Source: a bacterium | Lineage (GTDB): Archaea; Thermoplasmatota; E2; JACPAO01; JAHFTW01 | Assembly: GCA_040390065.1 (NCBI GenBank) | Contig: JAZJZE010000004.1 | Location: 32,001 to 96,000, forward strand | Direction: 5' to 3' | Length of the DNA stretch: 64,000 bases | Shown: in pieces, positions 28,084 through 38,247 of the stretch | How positions within the stretch are numbered: position 1 is the first letter of the stretch | Layout: the number at the start of each line of letters is the position of its first letter | Program-made: the position numbers and the translations under genes | Notes under the pieces: model-generated | Seen by the model: only the letters and a program-made list of their open reading frames with translations | Told to the model about the DNA's origin: nothing | Databases searched by the model: none

Positions 28084-29040
28084 CTAGCAGTAGCAAGCGA
28101 GCACGCGGGAACGCTCCAAGCCCATCTCCTGCGCGAGCGCGGAGGCCGCGGCGGGGTCCGGCCGCGACACCGGTGGAGGCCCCGGCGTCGGCAGGGCCGC
28201 GATGAAGGCGTCCATCTCGTCGAAGGCCGCGAGCGTGAGTCCGGATTCGCGAATCAAGCGGTGGTAGCGGTCGTCGCCGCCGGCGTGGGCGGCCGATATG
28301 ATGCGGCGCAAGTCGGGCTCCTCCTGCAGGGCCTTCAGGCCGGTCTTCCAGCCAAAGCCGCGCACACCGTCGTTCCAGTCGGTGCCGCACAGGATGGCGA
28401 TGCCACGCAATTGCGCCATCGACAGGCCATGCCCCGCAAGGTCAGCGAGGTGGTAGAGGTAGGCGTCCGGCGAGCCGACTTTTCGGATGACCGTGGGGGC
28501 TCCGGCGACGAGCGCATCGAAGTCCTCCGTCGCCACGGCCTGGGCGTAGCCAGCATGGCACAAAGCCGCCGCATACCGTTCGCCGTCATGATCGGCCCGC
28601 ACCACGGCCACGCCGAGAGCCGTCATCAGGCGCGTGCAGTCAGCGATCATGGCGCGGTCCAGTGTCGTGGTGGCCCGCAGGAACTTCTGGTGCGCCGCGT
28701 GGTCGCCAGCCGCCTTCGCCTCCTCGGCGTTGAGGGCCGCCTCGAGTTTGCGCTGGATGCGCTCCTCGACCGTGCCCCACTTGCGCGGATGCACTTGGCC
28801 GTCCCAGACGATGATGGGCTCGGCGCCGCGTTCGCGCAGGTGGCGCACCAGGTTGACGTAACCGATGAGGTGGCCGATGGGGCGGCCCTCGGCGCTGCGC
28901 AGCAAATCGCCGTCGCGGCCCCGGAAACTCGTCAGGTAGCGAAACGCGACGTTGTGGCCGTCCACGGCGATGCGCTTGCCGTGGTACCAGCCGTCGGCGA
29001 CGGCATGCTTGGGAAACAGGTCCCGCAGGTTGACGCCCAA
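28084..29040 (-). CDS. fen: Flap endonuclease 1 (FEN1/XPG) family nuclease, divergent, no C-terminal PIP box
   Basis: MGVNLRDL (TTG start), AVDGHN, VWDG, DGERYAA, TEDFDAL, LCGTDWN, GFGWKT. Confidence 0.85.
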   Translation of the reverse strand: MGVNLRDLFPKHAVADGWYHGKRIAVDGHNVAFRYLTSFRGRDGDLLRSAEGRPIGHLIGYVNLVRHLRERGAEPIIVWDGQVHPRKWGTVEERIQRKLEAALNAEEAKAAGDHAAHQKFLRATTTLDRAMIADCTRLMTALGVAVVRADHDGERYAAALCHAGYAQAVATEDFDALVAGAPTVIRKVGSPDAYLYHLADLAGHGLSMAQLRGIAILCGTDWNDGVRGFGWKTGLKALQEEPDLRRIISAAHAGGDDRYHRLIRESGLTLAAFDEMDAFIAALPTPGPPPVSRPDPAAASALAQEMGLERSRVLACYC

Positions 29041-29125
29041 GTGTTCCCACCCGTGGCGACGCCGCCCTCCCTTATGGGCTTCGCCCCGTAGGGCTAAGAA
29101 CCGTGCCAACCGATGCCTCCGGGTC

Positions 29126-30784
29126 ATGGCACTCCGGGCGAGCGCCCCATCGGCAGCCGAACAGAAGGCGTTCACCGCCGAGAAGAATACGGCCCTGGTC
29201 CGTCTTGCCGTGATTGTCTTCGGGGTCAGCGTCTACTGGGCGGCGTACTATCCGCGCGGCATCCCGTGGTTGGCTGGCGCCGTCAGCGCCGTTGCTCTGG
29301 CGTACGCCCTCTACGACGTCTTCGGACAGCCCTACCGCCATTTCCCCATCCTTCTCACGAGCATGTGGACCGCCGTGACCGACGCCGCGCTCATCACCGT
29401 GTGGCTGCACGCAACCGGCGACATCGACTCGCCGTTCTATCTGCTCTGGTTCCTATCCATCGTCGCCGTCGCGTTCCGCTACGATTGGCGAGCCACGGCA
29501 GTCGCCTGTGTCCTCTACCTCGCCCTCTACACGGGCCTCGTCGCGGCGACCGGGGGCCTGCCAGCGCGCTGGCTCGATCTGACCATCCGCCTCGGCTACC
29601 TGGCCTTGCTCGGGGCCTTGGGGAGCATCCTTGCGCGGGAGTCGGCGCGCATCTTCGACGAACGCTTCGCGCTGGGCCAACGCGTCGAGGAGGCGGACCG
29701 CTTCCGCGCCCTCGCCGAGGCCTCGCCCCAGGCCTTGATCGTCCACCAAGGAACCCGGATCCTCGACGTCAACCAAGCCTACCTTGACCTCATCGGCAGG
29801 TCCCGTGAGGCCGCCATTGGACAGGCGCCGCTCGACCTGCTCGATGCCGCGGGAAAGGCGCGCGCGGCCCGCCAGCTCGACGTGCCCAGCGACGAGCCGT
29901 TCGAGGTCGTCGCCCATCTGCCGCAAGGGCACCGCGTCCTACGCATCCAGTCGCGCGCCGTCACGTTCATGGGTCAGGCCGCGCGCGTCGCCGCGTTTGC
30001 CGACGTGACAGAGGAACGCGCTGCCGAGAGGGAACGCGCCAAGGCACTGCAAAGCGAGATGGAAGTGCAGCGCCTGCGCGAGATGGACCGCTTCAAGACC
30101 GAGTTCATCAACGCGGCGGCGCACGAACTCAACACGCCGCTGACACCCATCAAGTTGCAACTGCACGTGCTGCGCCGCAGTTTTCGGGATGCAGCTCCCG
30201 AGCAGCAGGCCGGATTCGCCCTCCTGGACCGCAACCTGACGCGCCTGTCGCAACTCGTCGAGGACATGTTGGACGTCGCGCGCCTGGAATCGGGCCGCAT
30301 CCGCCTCGACCCAAAGCCGTGCGACGTCATGCGGTTGGCGCAAGAAACGGCGGAGACGTTCCGCGAGATGGCCCAGGAGAAGGGCATCTTGCTCACCGTG
30401 ACCGGTCGCGGGCCTCTGTCGGCCGTCGCGGATGCCAAACGCGTCACCCAGATTCTGTACAACCTTGTCTCCAACGCCCTCAAGTTCACTCCTTCCGGTG
30501 GCCACGTCACGGTGGCGGCCCAAGCGTCGCCGGCCGTCGTCACCCTCGCCGTCCAGGATACGGGCTTCGGCATGACTCCCAACGAGGCCGGCCTCCTGTT
30601 CCATCCCTTCGTCCAATTGCACCGTGACCGCGTCATGGTGGCCGGCACCGGTCTTGGGCTGTACATCAGTCGGGGCTTGGCGGAACGGCATGGCGGAGCC
30701 CTCGTTTGCGAGAGCCCGGGCCCCGGTTTTGGGTCGACCTTCACCCTCAGCCTGCCCCCCGCAGGTCCGCCGCCGGGCCGCTGA
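29126..30784 (+). CDS. Membrane PAS-domain sensor histidine kinase
   Basis: N-terminal TM bundle; PAS; AAHELNTPL (H box), NLVSNALKF (N box), QDTGFG, GTGLGL. Confidence 0.93.
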   Translation: MALRASAPSAAEQKAFTAEKNTALVRLAVIVFGVSVYWAAYYPRGIPWLAGAVSAVALAYALYDVFGQPYRHFPILLTSMWTAVTDAALITVWLHATGDIDSPFYLLWFLSIVAVAFRYDWRATAVACVLYLALYTGLVAATGGLPARWLDLTIRLGYLALLGALGSILARESARIFDERFALGQRVEEADRFRALAEASPQALIVHQGTRILDVNQAYLDLIGRSREAAIGQAPLDLLDAAGKARAARQLDVPSDEPFEVVAHLPQGHRVLRIQSRAVTFMGQAARVAAFADVTEERAAERERAKALQSEMEVQRLREMDRFKTEFINAAAHELNTPLTPIKLQLHVLRRSFRDAAPEQQAGFALLDRNLTRLSQLVEDMLDVARLESGRIRLDPKPCDVMRLAQETAETFREMAQEKGILLTVTGRGPLSAVADAKRVTQILYNLVSNALKFTPSGGHVTVAAQASPAVVTLAVQDTGFGMTPNEAGLLFHPFVQLHRDRVMVAGTGLGLYISRGLAERHGGALVCESPGPGFGSTFTLSLPPAGPPPGR

Positions 30785-30828
30785 AGGCTTTCGCTCCTTT
30801 CATCTAGGGTGGCCCCTCATGGCGAGCC

Positions 30829-31623
30829 ATGGCATCCCCGTTTGCCGACTCCCGTGTCCTCATCACCGGGGCGACATCCGGCATCGGCGAAGCGACGGCG
30901 GAAGCGTTCTGCCGCGAAGGCTGCAAGGAGATCATCGTGACGGGCCGCCGCGAGGAGGTCCTGAAGGAGAAGGCGAAGGGCTGGTCCGACCGTTACGGCA
31001 CCGACGTCGCCGCCGTCGTCCTGGATGTTCGCAGCCGCCCAGACATCGAGGCCATCGCCGAGCAGCACGCCAGTCTCTTCGACGTCGACATCCTGGTCAA
31101 CAACGCAGGTCTTGCGCGCGGCGTCGAGCCCATGCAAGCGGCCGAGATCGACGACTGGGAAGAGATGCTCGAGACGAACGTGCTCGGCCTGTTGTACATG
31201 ACGCGCCACGTCGTGCCCCACATGGTTTCGCGCGACTCGGGGCGCGGGCGTGGTCACATCGTCAACCTCGGATCCGTGGCGGGCCGCTGGACGTACCCGG
31301 GCGGCGGCGTCTACTGCGCCAGCAAGGCCGCGGTCAAGGCGCTCACGGAGGGACTGCGCATGGACCTCTTGGGCAAGAACATCCGCGTCACCAACATCGA
31401 ACCCGGCATCGTCGACGGCACGGAGTTCAGCCTCGTCCGGCACAAGGGCGACGCCGCGAAGGCCAAACGCGTCTACGAGAACACGCGGCCCCTTTCGACC
31501 TCGGACATCGCGGAGACCATCCTGTGGTGCTGCAGCCGGCCCGAGCACGTCAACATCCAGGAACTCGTGCTGTACCCGACGGACCAGGCCCACGTCGGGC
31601 AGGTCTACCGCACGTCGGGGTAG
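30829..31623 (+). CDS. SDR family oxidoreductase (YdfG-like)
   Basis: TGATSGIG, NNAG, YCASK, IEPG. Confidence 0.93.
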   Translation: MASPFADSRVLITGATSGIGEATAEAFCREGCKEIIVTGRREEVLKEKAKGWSDRYGTDVAAVVLDVRSRPDIEAIAEQHASLFDVDILVNNAGLARGVEPMQAAEIDDWEEMLETNVLGLLYMTRHVVPHMVSRDSGRGRGHIVNLGSVAGRWTYPGGGVYCASKAAVKALTEGLRMDLLGKNIRVTNIEPGIVDGTEFSLVRHKGDAAKAKRVYENTRPLSTSDIAETILWCCSRPEHVNIQELVLYPTDQAHVGQVYRTSG

Positions 31624-31628
31624 TCCAC

Positions 31629-31901
31629 GTGCGCCTGCACCTTTGGGTGTCGGGGCGAGTGCAGGGCGTCTACTTCCGCGAATCCATGCGACGCGAAGCC
31701 GAGCGCATGGGCGTCGAGGGCTGGGTGCGCAACATGCCCGACGGCCGCGTCGAAGCGGTCGTGCAAGGCGACGCGCCGCTGGTTCAGGCGTTGGCGACGT
31801 GGTGCAAGCGAGGGCCGCCGGCCGCCGAGGTCACCGGCGTGGAAGCGGCGCCGGAACCGGACGCTCCGCTTGGCGACGCGGGATTCCACGTCCGCCGGTG
31901 A
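31629..31901 (+). CDS. acyP: Acylphosphatase
   Basis: SGRVQGVYFR, GWVRNMPDGRVE, GPPAA; GTG start. Confidence 0.93.
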   Translation: MRLHLWVSGRVQGVYFRESMRREAERMGVEGWVRNMPDGRVEAVVQGDAPLVQALATWCKRGPPAAEVTGVEAAPEPDAPLGDAGFHVRR

Positions 31902-31954
31902 ATTGGATGGTCACCCCACAATGGATTTAGCCTAGGAGCAGGGGTCGTTCGTCC

Positions 31955-34120
31955 ATGCACCGTGTTGGGCTTTGTCTCGTCCTGGTCCTTGCCACCCTGG
32001 TCCCCTGCGTCAGCGTCCAGGGTCAGTCGGCCGGGTCCACGCCGGCCCCGACGCCGCTCGATATCCTCACCGATCCGGCCAAGGACGTGCACGTCCAGGG
32101 GCAGGGCGCCGACCAGGCCATCCCGGACGCCCGCTACAAAGCCCTCGACCTCGTCGGGGCGACCATCCAGGAGACGGCGGACCAGTTCATCGTGAAGGTG
32201 CAGGTGGCAAGCCTTGCCGACCACGACATCATCATCGCGGAGGACGGCGCCTACACTGTGCACTTCGTCTACCAGGAGATCCAGTTCGGCGTGGTGATGA
32301 ACCGCTACGTCTCCAACCAGGACTACCTGTACGGCCAACTCCTGCGCTACGACGAGGGCGCGAAGCAGCCGAGCTACGTCGGGTACGTGGACGTGACCGA
32401 AGACACAACGGCGGGCGTCGTGACCGGCATCTTCGAACGCACCGCCATCACCGACCGCAACGGGGCGTCGCCCTTCCCCGGCCGATTCCTCGATGGTTTC
32501 TGGGCCGACAGCCACCTGCCGTACGCCAACGGCCCCTTCATCGGTCTCGGAATCACGAGCGTCTCGTTTCCGGCCGACGTCACCGACCGCATGCCAGACA
32601 CCGGCAACGGCCTGAAGCCGCTTGCGATCCAGCTCGGCCTGAAGCAGCAGGGCCACGCGCTGTTGACCAGCGACGACCCGATGCGCGCCTCCAACGGCGA
32701 GGCCACCACCTTCGTCTTCACGGCGAAGGCGAAGAACCTCGGCACCGAGGAGGACCTTTTCGAGATGGTGCCGACGGCGGCGCCTTCGAACTGGGCTGTC
32801 ACCATCCCGGACCAGTTCCTGCGCCTCAAGGGCGGCGAGGAGAAGACCATCCCGATCCTGGTGAGCGTGCCGTTCTACCACGTGCACGGCGATGCCAAGC
32901 GCTTCGTGCTCGAGATGCAAAGCAAGACGGATCCTGCGACGGTTGGACGCGTTGGGCTGGGCGTGCGATACTACGCCATCCCGCAACCCGCGGGCCACCA
33001 CCCGCAGCTCTGGGTCCACAGCCAAGGGTACGGCAAGGCCGACGACCCCGTCTACATGGGCCTCAGCAAGGTGTTCACCGGCAACGTCGGGTACAACTTC
33101 ATGAACGCCCAGATGGACGACACGTCCGACCAGAAGCTCGAAGTGACGGGTCAGAACTGGGGCTACTACTGCGACCAGAGCTGCTCCAACACGGACCTGC
33201 CGCGCAGCTTGTGGAAGTGGTACGTCTTCCTGTCCCCTGGTCTCGAGATGGGCCTCGACTTCGACCTCGCCAAGGAAGGGCAGCTCTCCATCCCCATCAA
33301 GACGACGCTCAACCTGCCGAAGGCGCAACTGGATGCCAACCTCTGGCACTACGCGTACGACGAGAAAACGGGGCGGTCCAACCAGACCCTCGTGGGCCGC
33401 TTCGCGCCTGCCGACCCTATCGACCTCGGCGCTGGCGACTCGCACACGTTCGACTTCAAGTGGAAGGCCGGCAAGGGAGCCGACTACCTGGCGTACCACA
33501 AGTACGCCGGCCTCGTCCTGGAGGTCAACTTCACGAGCATCTCGCCAGCTCTGTTCCTCGCTCCAGGGGCTCCGATGATGGAACCGGGCGCGACGATCGT
33601 CATGCCCCTCATCGAGTACCACGATCCAATCGCCGATGCGTTTGCGGCGGCGAGCGCCGTCAAGCTCCAGCCCACGACGGACCTGAACCGCGTCGTCAAC
33701 TCGGGCAAGACCGTCGTGTACCAGGCGACCCTCCTGAACGGCGAAGCGCACAGCGCCAAGTTCCAGGTCGCGATGGAAGGCGTCAACAAGCAGTGGGCCG
33801 AAATCCTGACACCAGGACCCATCAGTGTCGACGGCAGCATGAGTGCCCCTGTTCGCTTCGCGCTGCACGTGCCGGCCACGGCAACACCGTTGGACGCCAC
33901 GGACTTCGTGCTCACCGTCCAGGACACCATGGACCCGTCGCAACGCGCCCTGCTGCACTTCACGGCGCGCATCGACAACACGCAAAATGTCCCGGATGAG
34001 CAACCGAACATCGATTCCTTGCGCAGTGAACCCGCCGCGAAGTCGTCCCCGGCCCCCGTCGGCATCGCCCTCGCAGTTGCGCTCCTTGGTGCCGCCCTTC
34101 TGCGGCGTCGCAAAGATTAG
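31955..34120 (+). CDS. Large secreted multi-Ig-like surface protein with C-terminal anchor
   Basis: Signal peptide; DPAKDV, NLGTEEDLF-type repeats; C-terminal KSSPAP + TM + RRRKD. Confidence 0.82.
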   Translation: MHRVGLCLVLVLATLVPCVSVQGQSAGSTPAPTPLDILTDPAKDVHVQGQGADQAIPDARYKALDLVGATIQETADQFIVKVQVASLADHDIIIAEDGAYTVHFVYQEIQFGVVMNRYVSNQDYLYGQLLRYDEGAKQPSYVGYVDVTEDTTAGVVTGIFERTAITDRNGASPFPGRFLDGFWADSHLPYANGPFIGLGITSVSFPADVTDRMPDTGNGLKPLAIQLGLKQQGHALLTSDDPMRASNGEATTFVFTAKAKNLGTEEDLFEMVPTAAPSNWAVTIPDQFLRLKGGEEKTIPILVSVPFYHVHGDAKRFVLEMQSKTDPATVGRVGLGVRYYAIPQPAGHHPQLWVHSQGYGKADDPVYMGLSKVFTGNVGYNFMNAQMDDTSDQKLEVTGQNWGYYCDQSCSNTDLPRSLWKWYVFLSPGLEMGLDFDLAKEGQLSIPIKTTLNLPKAQLDANLWHYAYDEKTGRSNQTLVGRFAPADPIDLGAGDSHTFDFKWKAGKGADYLAYHKYAGLVLEVNFTSISPALFLAPGAPMMEPGATIVMPLIEYHDPIADAFAAASAVKLQPTTDLNRVVNSGKTVVYQATLLNGEAHSAKFQVAMEGVNKQWAEILTPGPISVDGSMSAPVRFALHVPATATPLDATDFVLTVQDTMDPSQRALLHFTARIDNTQNVPDEQPNIDSLRSEPAAKSSPAPVGIALAVALLGAALLRRRKD

Positions 34121-34233
34121 CGCCGCAGCGCAAGCAGGAGCAGCAGCGAGTACAGCGCGGAGAGCGTCCAGCGCAGCAACCGGAAGTGTCGCTCGGCTTG
34201 CTCGCGGGCCCAGTCGTCAGGTCGCAAAGCCAT
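34117..34233 (-). CDS. Putative 38-aa single-TM small protein
   Basis: MALRPDDWAREQAERHFRLLRWTLSALYSLLLLLALRR; stop overlaps the convergent gene at TTAG. Confidence 0.4.
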   Translation of the reverse strand: MALRPDDWAREQAERHFRLLRWTLSALYSLLLLLALRR

Positions 34234-34348
34234 ACTCCGGCATGCACGCCGCAGCATTCATGGCCACTGGGGTGGGGTCGGTGAACGCCGGCGGCGATAT
34301 CCCTCCGTCGCCAAACCGCCTAAATATGGCCTCCAAGTCGGCGCCGCC

Positions 34349-34801
34349 ATGGGCATGGAACAGACCTTCGTCATGATCAAGCCGGACGCCGTCCAGCGCG
34401 GACTTGTCGGCCAGATCGTGGCCCGCTTCGAGGCCAAGGGCCTGAAGATCAAGGCGATGCGCCTCGAGATGGCGGATCCCAAGGTCGTCGAGGCGCACTA
34501 TGCGGTGCACAAAGCGCGCCCGTTCTACAACTCCCTCATCGCGTACATCACGAGCGGCCCCGTCGTCCCCATGTTCGTCGAGGGTGAATCCGCCATCGCC
34601 GTCAGCCGCAACCTCATGGGCGCCACGAATCCAGTCCAGGGCAAACCCGGCGAGATCCGCTTCGACTTCGCGCAGACCATCGGCCGCAACATCATCCACG
34701 GCTCCGACTCCGCCGAGACGGCCAAGTTCGAGCTCGGCCTGTGGTTCCCGAAAGGCGGCGCCGAGTACACGCTCGCCGCGGACGCCTTCCTGTTCGAGTA
34801 G
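34349..34801 (+). CDS. ndk: Nucleoside diphosphate kinase
   Basis: TFVMIKPDAVQRGL, GATNP, NIIHGSDS. Confidence 0.96.
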   Translation: MGMEQTFVMIKPDAVQRGLVGQIVARFEAKGLKIKAMRLEMADPKVVEAHYAVHKARPFYNSLIAYITSGPVVPMFVEGESAIAVSRNLMGATNPVQGKPGEIRFDFAQTIGRNIIHGSDSAETAKFELGLWFPKGGAEYTLAADAFLFE

Positions 34802-34803
34802 CC

Positions 34804-35544
34804 ATGGCCGACGCGGCGCCGACCCCGTGGGTCTTCCGCTACCGCAGCCTCCTCATCGGCCTCGCCTTCGGCGCCTCCGCAGGCCTCGGCGAACTCCTCG
34901 GCCGCCTGGCATTCTTCGACCAGTTCGTCGGCACCCTGAGCCTGCCGGCGCATCTCCTCCTCTATCGGCCCTCCGGTCTGGCAGGCCCGGCCTGGCCGCT
35001 TGCCGTGCCCATCGCCTTCGGCGTCGTCGGCGCCGCCATTCGCTTCTGGGGCACGAGCTACCTGCGCGGACACGTCATGGCCGACCGCGAGATGCACTCC
35101 GACCGCCTCATCATCGCCGGCCCCTTCCGCTACGTCCGCAATCCGCTCTACGTGGGCAACCTGTTCATCGCCGTCGCCTTCGGCGCCTTCTATCGGCCGC
35201 CGGCCCTGGTCCTCGCCGTGGCCTTCATGGCGTTGGTCCTTTCCGTCGTCGCGGCGGCGGAAGCACGCGGCTTGCGGGCGCGGCATGGCGCGTCTTACGA
35301 CGCATATGCCAAGGAAGTCCACGCCTTCGTTCCGACCTTCCGGCCCGCCGCCGCAACCGCCGACATCCAGCCCGATTGGCTGAACGGGCTGACCAGCGAA
35401 GCCTGGGGGGCTCTCATCCCTGCCTACCTCGCGGCCGTGACGCTGCGCAACCAGAACCTTGGCTTGGCCATTCTCGCCGTCGTGGTGGCGGGCTTGCTGT
35501 ACCGCAAGGCTGTGAACCGTCGGGCTCGCGCCGTCCAGCCCTAG
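34804..35544 (+). CDS. Isoprenylcysteine carboxylmethyltransferase/PEMT-family membrane methyltransferase
   Basis: LIIAGPFRYVRNPLYVG, EARGLRARHG.SYDAY. Confidence 0.85.
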   Translation: MADAAPTPWVFRYRSLLIGLAFGASAGLGELLGRLAFFDQFVGTLSLPAHLLLYRPSGLAGPAWPLAVPIAFGVVGAAIRFWGTSYLRGHVMADREMHSDRLIIAGPFRYVRNPLYVGNLFIAVAFGAFYRPPALVLAVAFMALVLSVVAAAEARGLRARHGASYDAYAKEVHAFVPTFRPAAATADIQPDWLNGLTSEAWGALIPAYLAAVTLRNQNLGLAILAVVVAGLLYRKAVNRRARAVQP

Positions 35545-36137
35545 GTTGACCTAGCAGCCTTCAGCGCCCGCGCGTACCATTCGACATCGCCGAGGAACTT
35601 GTCGATGCGTTTGTCCCAGGCATCCTTGTCCACCAGTGGGCCGTCGGGGCCGAACGTCCTCGAGATGCCTTGCACGGGCACGTGGGACGGCACGCACACG
35701 GCCTCCAAGCCCGCGATGACCTGACGCAGCGAGTCGATGGCGCGCAGCCCTCCAGAAACGCCGCCGCACGCGACAAGGCCGAAGGGCTTGCGGTTCCAGG
35801 GCCGAAGGGTCGAGTCGAGGAGGTTCTTGAGCGCCCCGGGGAACGAATAGTTGTACTCTGGCGTCACGATGACGAAGCCGTCGGCGGCGTGCATCTGCAG
35901 GATGAAACGGCGCAGGTCGTCCGAGATGGCGATGCCGGTCGCCGGCTCCTTCGGGTCCAGGTCCGGCAACTCGATGACACGGCTGCGCAGGTTGCCAAAA
36001 TCATGGTCACGCGGGTCCACGAAGGGTGACGTCACGCCCGGGCGGGACGAGAGGCGCATGTGGACGTAGCGCGCGAGCGCTTCGGATTTCCGTCCCTCGC
36101 GGACCGTGCCGAGAATCACTGGGACGTTGAGGTCCAC
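35541..36137 (-). CDS. NADPH-dependent FMN reductase
   Basis: ILGTVREGRKS, VTPEYNYSFPGALKNLLD, GGVSGGLRA; GTG start. Confidence 0.9.
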   Translation of the reverse strand: MDLNVPVILGTVREGRKSEALARYVHMRLSSRPGVTSPFVDPRDHDFGNLRSRVIELPDLDPKEPATGIAISDDLRRFILQMHAADGFVIVTPEYNYSFPGALKNLLDSTLRPWNRKPFGLVACGGVSGGLRAIDSLRQVIAGLEAVCVPSHVPVQGISRTFGPDGPLVDKDAWDKRIDKFLGDVEWYARALKAARST

Positions 36138-36222
36138 GGCGCAGCCACCGGTTTGTGGCCCTTGACCCTTCGCCCCGGAGCAGGGGCAAAACCCGCAAAT
36201 AGCGGCCTCCTGTGGGCCAAGC

Positions 36223-38247
36223 ATGGCCGACGACCGCACCGCCGAGGAGAAGCTCGCCGACGCGCTGGCGGCTGAACTCGAGGCCGAATTCGCCGACGAG
36301 GTCGAGGGCGAAGCCGAATCGTCCGAGGGCGAGAGCCACGCGGCCCCCCAACCCAAGGTGCCCGCGAAGCCTGAACCCAAGGCCGTCGAGGCGTCTGCTG
36401 AATCCATTGCCAAGGCCAAGGAGCAGGGCCAGAAGGCGACGGAAGGCGACGCTGACAAGGCCCTCGCGGCACTCGAGGCGAAGTCCGCGACGTCGTACAC
36501 GCGCCACCCCATCGTCTCCGTCCTCGGCCACGTCGACCACGGCAAGACGTCCATCCTCGACCGCATCCGGGGCACCAAGGTCTTCGACCGCGAAGCCGGA
36601 GCCATCACACAGCACATCGGCGCGTCCGAGGTCCCGCTGTCGACGATCTACGAGCGTTGCGGCATTATCCTGAAGGGCAAGAAATTCACCGTGCCCGGCC
36701 TTCTCTTCATCGACACCCCGGGCCACCACGCCTTCGCGAGCCTGCGCTCCCGCGGCGGGCAACTGGCAGACATCGCCATCGTCGTCGTCGACATGACGGA
36801 GGGCCTCATGCCGCAGAGCCTGGAGGCCATCAGCATTCTGCGTCGCAGCAAGACGCCCTTCATCATCGCGGCCAACAAGGTCGACCGGTGCCAAGGCTGG
36901 GTCACGGCGGACAAGCCCTTCATCCTGAACGTACGCGACCAGGGCCCGACGGCTCTTGCGGACTTCGACGACAAGTTCTACCGGCTGATTGCGGCCCTGT
37001 CGGAACTCGGCCTGCCGACGGAGCGCTACGACCGCATCAACGACTTCACGCGCAACATCGCGATCGTCCCGACCTGCGCCCGCAGCGGGGAGGGCATCCA
37101 GGACTTGCTGGCCATGCTGGTCGGCCTGGCCCAGAAGTTCCTCGAAGGCCGGCTGGAGACCGATGAGCAGAGCCCGGGCGAGGGGACCGTCCTCGAGGTC
37201 AAGGAGGACAAGGGCCTGGGGACGGTCCTTGACGTCGTCCTCTACGCCGGCAGCATCCGCAAGGGCGACCGCATCCTCGTGGGCACCCACAACGAGCCAC
37301 TCGAGACGCCCATCAAGGCGCTTCTCAAGCCGGCGCCCAACGACGAGATGCGCGACGCCCGAAAGGCCTTCAGCAAGGTCGACGAGGTCATCGCGGCAGC
37401 CGGCCTCAAGCTCCTGGCGCCCAACCTGGAAGGCGTCGTCGCCGGAGCACCGCTTCGCGTCATCCGGGGCGACAACTGGCAGGCCGCCTACGACGCCGTC
37501 GCCTCCGCCAGCAAGCCCCAGGTCGAGTTGGCCGACACGGGTGTCTTCGTCAAGGCTGACACGATTGGCGGCCTCGAAGCCCTCGCGGGTGAGTTGAAGG
37601 CCCGAGCCATTCCCATCCGCGACGCACAAGTCGGTGACGTGAGCCGCCGCGACGTCGTGTCTGCCGCCAGCATGACGGACCCGCTAAGCCGCGTCATCCT
37701 CGGCTTCTCGGTGAAGATGCTCCCGGACGTCGAAGGCGAGGCCAAGGCGCGCGAGCTCCCCGTCTTCACGAATCCCATCATCTATTCGCTTCTCGATGAC
37801 TACGACGCATGGCGCAAGGCCGAGGCGGAGCGCGTCGAGAAGGCCAAGCGCGTCGAGCACATCCATCCGGCGAAGATCAAGTTCCTCGCGGGCTGCAGCT
37901 TCCGCATGCGGGACCCCGCCGTCTTCGGCGTGCGCGTGCTGGCCGGCGCCATCAAGCCGGGCCGCATGCTCTTGCGCGACGACGGCAAGCCCATCGGCCG
38001 CATCAAGTCCATCCAGAAGGACAACAAGACGGTGACCGAGGCCAAACTCGGCGACGAAGTCGCCGTGAGCGTGCACGGCCCCACGATTGGGCGGCAAATC
38101 AACGAGGAGGACATCCTCTACCTCGACATCCCCGAGTACGACGCCAAGTGGCTGTTGACGCAAGGAAAAATCACGCCGGAGGAGAAGGACGTCCTCGTCG
38201 AGTTCCTCAAGGTGCGGCGCAAGGAGGACAAGTTTTGGGGGATGTGA
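36223..38247 (+). CDS. infB: Translation initiation factor aIF5B (IF-2) with acidic N-terminal extension
   Basis: PIVSVLGHVDHGKT, LFIDTPGH, NKVD, KADTIGGLEAL; archaeal-type C-terminus FWGM. Confidence 0.96.
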   Translation: MADDRTAEEKLADALAAELEAEFADEVEGEAESSEGESHAAPQPKVPAKPEPKAVEASAESIAKAKEQGQKATEGDADKALAALEAKSATSYTRHPIVSVLGHVDHGKTSILDRIRGTKVFDREAGAITQHIGASEVPLSTIYERCGIILKGKKFTVPGLLFIDTPGHHAFASLRSRGGQLADIAIVVVDMTEGLMPQSLEAISILRRSKTPFIIAANKVDRCQGWVTADKPFILNVRDQGPTALADFDDKFYRLIAALSELGLPTERYDRINDFTRNIAIVPTCARSGEGIQDLLAMLVGLAQKFLEGRLETDEQSPGEGTVLEVKEDKGLGTVLDVVLYAGSIRKGDRILVGTHNEPLETPIKALLKPAPNDEMRDARKAFSKVDEVIAAAGLKLLAPNLEGVVAGAPLRVIRGDNWQAAYDAVASASKPQVELADTGVFVKADTIGGLEALAGELKARAIPIRDAQVGDVSRRDVVSAASMTDPLSRVILGFSVKMLPDVEGEAKARELPVFTNPIIYSLLDDYDAWRKAEAERVEKAKRVEHIHPAKIKFLAGCSFRMRDPAVFGVRVLAGAIKPGRMLLRDDGKPIGRIKSIQKDNKTVTEAKLGDEVAVSVHGPTIGRQINEEDILYLDIPEYDAKWLLTQGKITPEEKDVLVEFLKVRRKEDKFWGM

